From Tubiluchus corallicola (taxonomy: Eukaryota > Animalia > Priapulida), in NCBI GenBank assembly GCA_030141605.1, contig JAQGDQ010002261.1, positions 1-5,411 on the forward strand: DNA of 5,411 bases, written 5' to 3'. Both the position numbers and the translations under genes were made by a program. This document shows, piece by piece, positions 1-5,411 of this stretch. Numbering within the stretch: the first letter of the stretch is position 1; every line of letters starts with the position of its first letter. Under the pieces are notes generated by a model. The model had not been told where the DNA came from. It was given only the letters and a program-made list of their open reading frames with translations, and searched no databases.

Positions 1-1397
1 ATTCACAACCTGGCTACTAGAGCTTAAGATAAAATCTATAGAGCAATGGTAATTTCTCACAAGATTGTTTCTACGACTCCGCGCTGTGAAAGAGTCTTAA
101 TATCTAAAGCTTTCTTGCAAAAGTTCCCGCAATTGAACTCGTAAATTACTTAATGTACACAGCAAATCTCCAGGTTCGATTACAGAATTCAATGATGCTT
201 ATCTGAAACGCCTATAACCGTACCCAAACTATTCATTTAAGTTAAAGCGAAATCCGTCTATTGTATACAACAATTACTCTTAGTCTAATAAATTACAATA
301 TGATCTTAATCGTCAAAGACGCTCACAATTTATAATTAGCTCCAAGAGACACTAAACAGATTTACTTAACTATCCTCTCGGTTCGCACTTATGGTGCTAA
401 ATTACAATGTGAAACATATAAGTACAATCAAATACACGTCACCCTTAAGGTGTCTGTTACTGTGATTAACTACTATGCAGAGTTGCTCTGAAGTTACGAT
501 AGGTTAAGTTCACTTAACTTGGCGGCCTGACCAAGGACAAATATTCGATTGGTCAAATCCGTTTCCGCTGCAAGACTCTATTCGCAGATCCAGTGCTAAA
601 ATTTGTTGAGGACGTAGATAGTTGTATACGCTGGGTCTAACGTGTCTTTGCTTCTCTCAGAATTCCTGTAGCCTCTCCAGACTTGATCTCCTCTCTCCCG
701 AACTGTATCACAACCGATTCACTGACGACTTACCACGTGTTCTTCCAAAACACCATCTTATATACACTAATGGAGTCTTCACAATATTGCGCGCGAATGC
801 GCAAGTTTGTGCAATAGTTCAAAGGTTCCGTTTGGTGTGGTGGTTTATGGCCAGCCAGATGGTCAGGTAACGTAGCTTCTTACATGGGAAAACTCCGCTA
901 CTTGATTTGTCCTTTTACATCAACATCCTAGAGCTTGTTCCTTGCGTCGCTTGGGCCATAAACTCCCGTTCAAGAAAATAGCTACTTTCTGCTTCTTCAC
1001 AATTACAGTCCAGCAACTCGCATAATTATTACATAGAGGTTATTATCTAACACACTTAATGTTATAAAAAATCAGCTTCGCTTCTCCTAAACTTGAACAC
1101 CTGGGACAGACTTATTCTCTCTAAATGAACACCTGTTCTATTACTTGTAAACACAAATTCTTGTGACGATAATTTCTAGCCTTACATTAAATATATGCTG
1201 TATCAGCTAAGTGAGTTCCCATATTATTTTAATAAATTTATCTAATCCGATTAGGGGGTCTCTTTATCAACATAATCTAATGAAGTTGATCAATCCAATA
1301 ATTAATCACTTAACTCATGATTCCGAAATTTATTCATAACAACAATTAATGAACAAAGAGACAATTAATTTACGACCAATCAAACCAGGTTGCTACG
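1..1397 (-). mobile_element. Possible LTR or solo-LTR-like segment (non-coding; left end at or beyond the window edge)
   Basis: 8-bp inverted repeat CAACCTGG (6-13) / CCAGGTTG (1385-1392), placed symmetrically for ends at 1 and 1397. On the minus strand the segment begins CGTAGC, one base from a TG-type LTR start. It has an internal TATATAAG and no convincing ORF. Against: the termini are not canonical TG..CA and no TSD can be checked. Confidence 0.33.
721..804 (-). promoter_or_regulatory. Candidate Pol II core promoter inside the LTR-like segment
   Basis: Minus-strand TATATAAG (757-764), CACGTG E-box (734-739), Inr-like TCAGT (721-725), and an upstream CpG-rich dyad TTGCGC-N6-GCGCAA (787-804). 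The TATA-to-TCAGT spacing of about 40 nt is longer than canonical. Confidence 0.28.
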
Positions 1398-1399
1398 AT

Positions 1400-1620
1400 A
1401 CCTGATAGCTTGTGTAATGTCAAATGATTCCCAGTTGAAATATAAGGACAATTATGGCACCTGAACTACGAACTCATGCAATACTTTACTGAAATAGTAA
1501 ACCAGATAAGATATTTCTGTCCTTAATTAAAGAAGAGAATAAATCACTTCAAGTTTGCTAAGCCTCCTCTTTGACCACCAATATGTATGTCGAGGTATTT
1601 CTTGTAAATAATTGTTATTA
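1400..1620 (-). pseudogene. Degenerate coding fragment, possibly the KDZ-type transposase catalytic region
   Basis: Manual translation gives YKKYLDIHIGGQRGGL (1606-1559) and, in another frame, EVIYSLL*LRTEISYLVYYFSKVLHEFVVQVP (1550-1455). The latter resembles the remembered KDZ pattern hhYDxACxLxxY..P, but the Asp and Cys are absent (TAT where GAT would be). Contains stops and a frame change. Confidence 0.28.
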
Positions 1621-1622
1621 AT

Positions 1623-1655
1623 GACATGTGACTATGTCCAAAGGTGGCACATGTC
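1623..1655. repeat. Short inverted repeat at the left edge of the tandem-repeat block
   Basis: GACATGTG (1623-1630) and CACATGTC (1648-1655) form perfect 8-bp arms with a 17-nt spacer. Confidence 0.7.
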
Positions 1656-1680
1656 CTTCATATAGCGCTTTCATATACTG

Positions 1681-1973
1681 TTTGGCAAAATTTTGGCGAT
1701 TGTTTGGCGAACTTTTGGCGGTTGTTTGGCGAACTTTTGGCGATTGTTTGGCAAACTTTCGGCGATTGTTTGGCGAACTTTTGGCGATTGTTTGGCGAAC
1801 TTTTGGCGATTGCTTGGCGAACTTTTGGCGATTGTTTGGCGAACTTTTGGCAATTGTTTAGCGAACTTTTGGCGATTGTTTGGCGAACTTTTGACGATTG
1901 CTTGGCAAAATTTTAGCGACTGTTTAGCGAACTTTTGGCGATTGTTTGGCGAACCTTTGGCTACTGTTTGGCG
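1681..1973. repeat. 22-bp minisatellite, a dimer of 11-mers TTTGGCGAACT + TTTGGCGATTG, 13 units plus a partial
   Basis: 26 consecutive 11-mers in strict alternation from 1681 to 1966, plus TTTGGCG at 1967-1973. Copies differ by substitutions only, with no indels. Confidence 0.97.
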
Positions 1974-2290
1974 TATAATGCAGAAATCTTTGCAGAAAAA
2001 AGCGAGCTTGAAAATTAAATTATATTCAATATTAAATTTGAATTATATTAAATTTAAATTTCCCACATTAAAGGGAAATGTGTAAAGTCAAGTTAACAGA
2101 CATTATCTGTCACAATGATGCTGCGTCTGCTTTTTGATAGTCAGATGGTTTCTACCTTGACAAAACTAGGAAGCTCAAACAAGGATTTTGGCATTTTTAA
2201 TTTTATCAGAATTAAACACTTCCGTGCTGTGGCGCCACCTGCACAAAATTATTAAAATTAAATTAAACTAAGCAAGCAGTTTAAGTAAGT

Positions 2291-2545
2291 AACCGCACAT
2301 TTTTTTATGCAACCGCACATATTTACTTTCTGCACAACCGCACTTTTTCGCTAACTATCACAACAACCGCACTTAATTACTTATTTTCTGCACAACCACA
2401 CTTAATTACTTACATTCTGCACAAACGCACTTTTTTGTTGACAATCACAACAACCGCTCTTAATTACTTACGTTCTGTGCAACTGCATTTAATTATTTAC
2501 TTTCTGCACAACCGCACTTTTTTGCTGATAATCACAACAACTGCC
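2291..2545. repeat. 29-bp tandem repeat with AACCGCAC head and 87-bp (B-A-A) higher-order structure
   Basis: Monomers start at 2291 (20 bp), 2311 (25 bp), then 2336, 2365, 2394, 2423, 2452, 2481 and 2510 (29 bp each), with a partial at 2539. Type A is approximately AACCGCACTTAATTACTTACTTTCTGCAC. Type B is approximately AACCGCACTTTTTTGCTGACAATCACAAC. Confidence 0.93.
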
Positions 2546-2547
2546 GC

Positions 2548-3025
2548 ATCATACCTGGTGTACCACCAAACCTGCCATGCCTACCATACCTGACATATTG
2601 ACAACCCGCCGAACCTGCCAAACCCGCCATGCTGAAAAACCTGCCAAACCTGCCATAATGTCATACATGTCATACGTGCTGTACCACCAAACCTGCCATA
2701 CCCGCCATATTGACATACCTTTTGTGCCGCCAATCTTTCCATACAGCCATACCTGGTCATACCCGCCATATTGACAAACCTGCCAAACCTGCCATACTGA
2801 AAAACCTGCCAAACCCCCATAATGAAGAACCTGCCATACCCACCATATTCAAAACCTGCCAAACCCGCCATACTGCCAAAAATGCCAAACCCGCCATACT
2901 GTCATACCTGGTCATACCCGCCATACTGAAAAACCTGCCAAACCCACCACACTGAAAATCCTGCCAAACTCACCATGCCGAAAAACCTGCCATACCACGA
3001 TAATGCCAAAGCTGCCATCCCACCG
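2548..3025. repeat. Degenerate C/A-rich array of 8-10-bp subunits (CCTGCCAAA, CCCGCCATA, CTGAAAAA) with a recurring 26-bp unit
   Basis: CTGAAAAACCTGCCAAACCYRCCAYA-like units near 2632, 2797, 2926, 2952 and 2978. Internal duplications: GTACCACCAAACCTGCCAT (2560, 2681) and CATACCTGGTCATACCCGCCATA (2748, 2903). Confidence 0.9.
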
Positions 3026-3066
3026 AGTCAGTCATACCGCAAAGCTAAAGCTAAATAACTGACTAG
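3026..3066 (+). repeat. Inverted repeat ending in CTAG at the right edge of the repeat block (possible Helitron-like 3' end)
   Basis: AGTCAGTCAT (3026-3035) pairs 9/10 with ATAACTGACT (3055-3064). CTAG at 3063-3066 is followed by T. The stem is not GC-rich and overlaps the terminus, unlike a classical Helitron hairpin. Confidence 0.45.
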
Positions 3067-3319
3067 TTACTGTCACACACAGATGCTGCAAAATGGCACA
3101 CATGCCAGATTTCCTTTAACGTTTCAATAATTTTACTGTTTGGCTCTTTTTTCTTTTTCGCTGCTTCGTAGACTGTGATGCCCAGGTAAAAAAATATCAC
3201 CCTCTGGCAACTCCCAAATGAAAATATTTCACAGAATCTATCCTTAAGTTTTTTTAATGTTGTTCAAGTCGTCCATCTTATTGTCACATTTCTTCTTGCT
3301 GGTAAGAACTTTCAAAAAC
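3064..3319 (-). pseudogene. Exon-like coding relic with a 1-nt frameshift, product unknown
   Basis: After an acceptor-like TTTATTTAG (AG at 3321-3320) it reads FLKVLTSKKKCDNKMDDLNNI. Removing one A from the A7 run (T 3249-3255 on +) continues it as KKLKDRFCEIFSFGSCQRVIFFYLGITVYEAAKKKKEPNSKIIETLKEIWHVCHFAASVCDSN*. The stop falls exactly on the CTAG that bounds the repeat block. Confidence 0.4.
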
Positions 3320-3341
3320 CTAAATAAACTGCAATAAATAC

Positions 3342-3365
3342 TAATAACATAATAATAATAATAAT
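3342..3365. repeat. Short imperfect (AAT)n microsatellite
   Basis: taataacataataataataataat. Confidence 0.8.
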
Positions 3366-3658
3366 ACAATTTTGAATTACTCAGCAGATTTTAATACAGA
3401 GTTGCAATTTCAAAAATGCACAAGACTACAGTAACAATGTTGAAACAAAAATGTTGAAAATTCTGGATAGACTGCCTGTTTTTGATAATAATGACGTCAT
3501 AATTATAAGAATGTTCCTGCAAACTAAAATATCTAAAGCTAGAAGGCATAGATGTGATCCTGCTGCCCTTACAACTTTTGCGTACAAGCAAAGTACAGCA
3601 CACGCAAACTTCAATTTTTAATTAAATAACAATAACAAATGAAATGGCATATATCTCA

Positions 3659-3796
3659 CTAGGAAAATGATGATTTTGATGATACATTGATGATAAATAC
3701 ATTGTTTCGCCCATCAAACATTTTAGCAACACATTGCTTGCCATCAATTACTATAATATCTCTGTCTGGCGAACACTCCTGGACTAATTTATGCAT
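3659..3796 (-). pseudogene. Coding-like fragment with C-x5-hhhhDG motif (possible first catalytic Asp region of a KDZ-type transposase)
   Basis: Reads MHKLVQECSPDRDIIVIDGKQCVAKMFDGRNNVFIINVSSKSSFS* and is preceded by an acceptor-like TTGTTTTGCATAG. It resembles the remembered KDZ pattern CxxCxPxPDhhhxDG. Not verified by search. Confidence 0.35.
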
Positions 3797-3879
3797 CTAT
3801 GCAAAACAAGATTAAGATGTTATAATGACGAATGAGGTCACAGGTCATTTAGTACAAGAATTTTGTCATTGTTGCTGAT

Positions 3880-4059
3880 TTAAAAGGGAGGCAGCCGTAA
3901 CGTCCTATCAGAATCCAGATCCCGAATGAAGACACATGAAAACAAGTAAAATTGCTGCAGTTTCCAAAATCCATTTGGGTTAAGATATGTCTCTGAAGGA
4001 AAACGACTTTTCCTGTTAACAGGTGGTGCTCCAATATAGAGCAACTTGTAATCATCATT
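3880..4059 (-). pseudogene. Stop-free protein-like fragment that is not in the ORF track
   Basis: NDDYKLLYIGAPPVNRKSRFPSETYLNPNGFWKLQQFYLFSCVFIRDLDSDRTLRLPPF* (59 codons plus stop), in a different frame from track ORF 3849-4109. Same strand and collinear with the other relics. Confidence 0.33.
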
Positions 4060-4113
4060 ATAATTATCATTATTTTATCATTATTATTATTTAACCTAAT
4101 ATTTATCATTATT
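4051..4113. repeat. Low-complexity (ATT/ATC)n tract
   Basis: atcatcattataattatcattattttatcattattattat...tttatcattatt. Confidence 0.75.
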
Positions 4114-4454
4114 AGGTCTTTTTAACAAAAGCTTTTAATGCCTTTATTTTTATGGCAGTAATTAAAAATACATAAATGATTAAATGTCAAAGTAATTAAC
4201 GCAAATTGTGGCAGACGAAAATTTCCTGCTCACTATAACATTTGTATGAAACAATCTCAGTCATGGCTAATAACACATGATAAACCTGTTTTTATTGGTT
4301 TGATTTGATTTCCACGTTTGTTGAATACAAACATTCAAACATTCTTAATGAAAACTGTTCTATGACAAATTTCAAATGACAGACAGTTCTATAAACTTCT
4401 TCCCTCTCTGCCCTGCAAACAAGCAGGATGTTAACTTGAATTATAAATCTGATT

Positions 4455-4800
4455 AAATCCTGTAAACCAGACAACTTGAGGTAAACTCGTTATTTTCAAA
4501 GAATGCCTTTATTAAATTTATAAACCTGTTCAAAACTTCAACTACAGACAACATCAGATGCCCCCTACATGCTCTAACAAAGAGCGGCTATAGTTGTCGA
4601 TAATTCACATTGACAGCTTAATAAAGATTAAACCCACTGATATTTATAATCCTTCATTTTAACGTGCTGAGAGGAATTTTCCCAGGATTATTGCGGGTGG
4701 AATGTCTGGATGAACGCTGAGCAATGACCAACCTTGAAGAGTTTTTCATAACACACAAAGACGCTTCTGTTATCAATAAATTGCACCGATTACAAAATGA
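4455..4800 (-). pseudogene. Coding relic copy A (paralogue of 5081-5411); Cys-containing domain, probably transposon-derived
   Basis: FCNRC.../YEKLFKVGHC/...PGKIPLSTLK*RIINISGFNLY*AVNVN/..IAALC*SM*GASDVVC.../TSLPQ, with several stops and frameshifts. Aligns collinearly with copy B. Confidence 0.6.
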
Positions 4801-5080
4801 TTGAAATTACGTTTAATTTTAATCTGGCTTTTTAAACTGATGCGAGGAACTTTCCCACTATTTCGGGAGACCATAGCCAAATTTGGACGTTTTTCATATA
4901 GCACAGTGTCTTATTCAATTCCCAATAAACCGATGCCTAATAGTGCCAGATAATGTTTGAAAAACCAAATGATTACTGACCAGCTTTGTAACTTGATTGA
5001 AGGAATTTTAAGGACTAAACTCTTGATTGTACTTTTTTTTATTAAGGTGTTCAAATTATCATCATCATCGACTGAAATTA

Positions 5081-5411
5081 TTTTGCAACTCGGTTGCAGT
5101 TTATTATAAAACTGAATCACTTCATGGAAAGATCTTCAAGGTTGGTCATTACCTCCCTGAACACACGTGACTAGAATCACCTGAGAAAATTCCTCCAGTC
5201 TATATAGAAAACTGGATTATACTTATCAGCAATTTCAATCAGTATTATGCTTTTGATGTGAAAATTACAGCTGCTCTTTGTGTTTTGTAAGGAACGTCTC
5301 AAGTGGTTTGCATCGTAGGATGTTATCATTAAATTTATCTGACATTCTTTAAGCATCCACTCTGCCTCAAGCAGCCCAAAGCTTTTAAAAATATTTTAAA
5401 GGATTTGAGTT
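5081..5411 (+). pseudogene. Coding relic copy B (paralogue of 4455-4800), running off the window end
   Basis: FCNSVAVYYKTESLHGKIFKVGHYLPEHT*LESPEKIPPVYIENWIILISNFNQYYAFDVKITAALCVL*GTSQVVCIVGCYH*IY..., with in-frame stops at 5168, 5288 and 5330. Confidence 0.6.

Noticed and set aside
622-870. 82-aa plus-strand ORF
   Set aside because: Non-ATG start, no recognisable motif, and it overlaps promoter-like non-coding sequence.
1628-2085. Track ORFs with repeated FWRLFGELLAIVWRTFGDCLAN peptides
   Set aside because: The 22-bp unit lacks stops and is not a multiple of 3, so the same 22-aa peptide appears in all three plus frames. This is a minisatellite artefact.
1681-2545. CRISPR array or iteron interpretation of the 22-bp and 29-bp arrays
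   Set aside because: The units are directly adjacent, the sequence between conserved heads is itself repeated rather than unique spacer, there are no cas or rep genes, and the context is eukaryote-like.
2549-2955. GGYGRF-rich and PAKPAI-rich ORFs resembling structural proteins
   Set aside because: Mixed 8/9/10-bp subunits shift the same motifs between frames on both strands, so no reading frame is preserved.
2107-3089. CTGTCACA..GATGCTGC present at 2107-2124 and 3070-3089 as a possible target duplication
   Set aside because: The spacing differs (2 vs 4 nt), the similarity does not extend, and the left copy is not at an evident boundary.
2068-3119. Kolobok-like ends TTAAAGGGAAAT ... ATTTCCTTTAA
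   Set aside because: The match is short, AT-rich and needs an indel, and the right end lies inside the exon-like relic. Probably chance.
3235-3621. Plus-strand two-exon gene (exon 3235-3301, GTAAGA donor at 3302, CAG acceptor at 3384 or 3387)
   Set aside because: The only open frame of the first exon splices out of phase with the long downstream frame and reaches a stop within about 17 codons.
4911-5120. 69-aa minus-strand ORF between the paralogous copies
   Set aside because: GTG start, no recognisable domain, and partly antisense to copy B. A relic origin cannot be excluded but is unsupported.
5120-5390. Reading copy B on the minus strand (KSFGLLEAEWMLKEC...YNPVFYIDWRNFLR)
   Set aside because: It is open for about 70 codons, but differences from copy A are much more often synonymous in the opposite reading, so it is likely the antisense shadow.

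Overview
AT-rich, eukaryote-like DNA, most consistent with an invertebrate animal genome (inference). I found no intact gene, RNA gene or CRISPR array. Three adjacent tandem arrays are directly visible: an 11/22-bp TTTGGCG array (1681-1973), a 29-bp array with an 87-bp higher-order period (2291-2545), and a degenerate 8-10-bp CCTGCCAAA/CCCGCCATA array (2548-3025). Small inverted repeats bracket them. These arrays explain most ORFs in the track, which are artefacts. The main hidden structure is a head-to-head pair of diverged paralogous coding relics (about 4455-4800 on -, about 5081-5411 on +), recognisable from an 18-bp perfect inverted match and an excess of synonymous differences. The minus-strand copy seems to continue as broken fragments down to about 1400. 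Their motif order resembles, from memory only, a Cys-cluster KDZ (Kyakuja-Dileera-Zisupton) transposase, interrupted by the repeat block and cut off by an LTR-like segment at 1-1397. The KDZ, LTR and Helitron labels are hypotheses that need profile searches.
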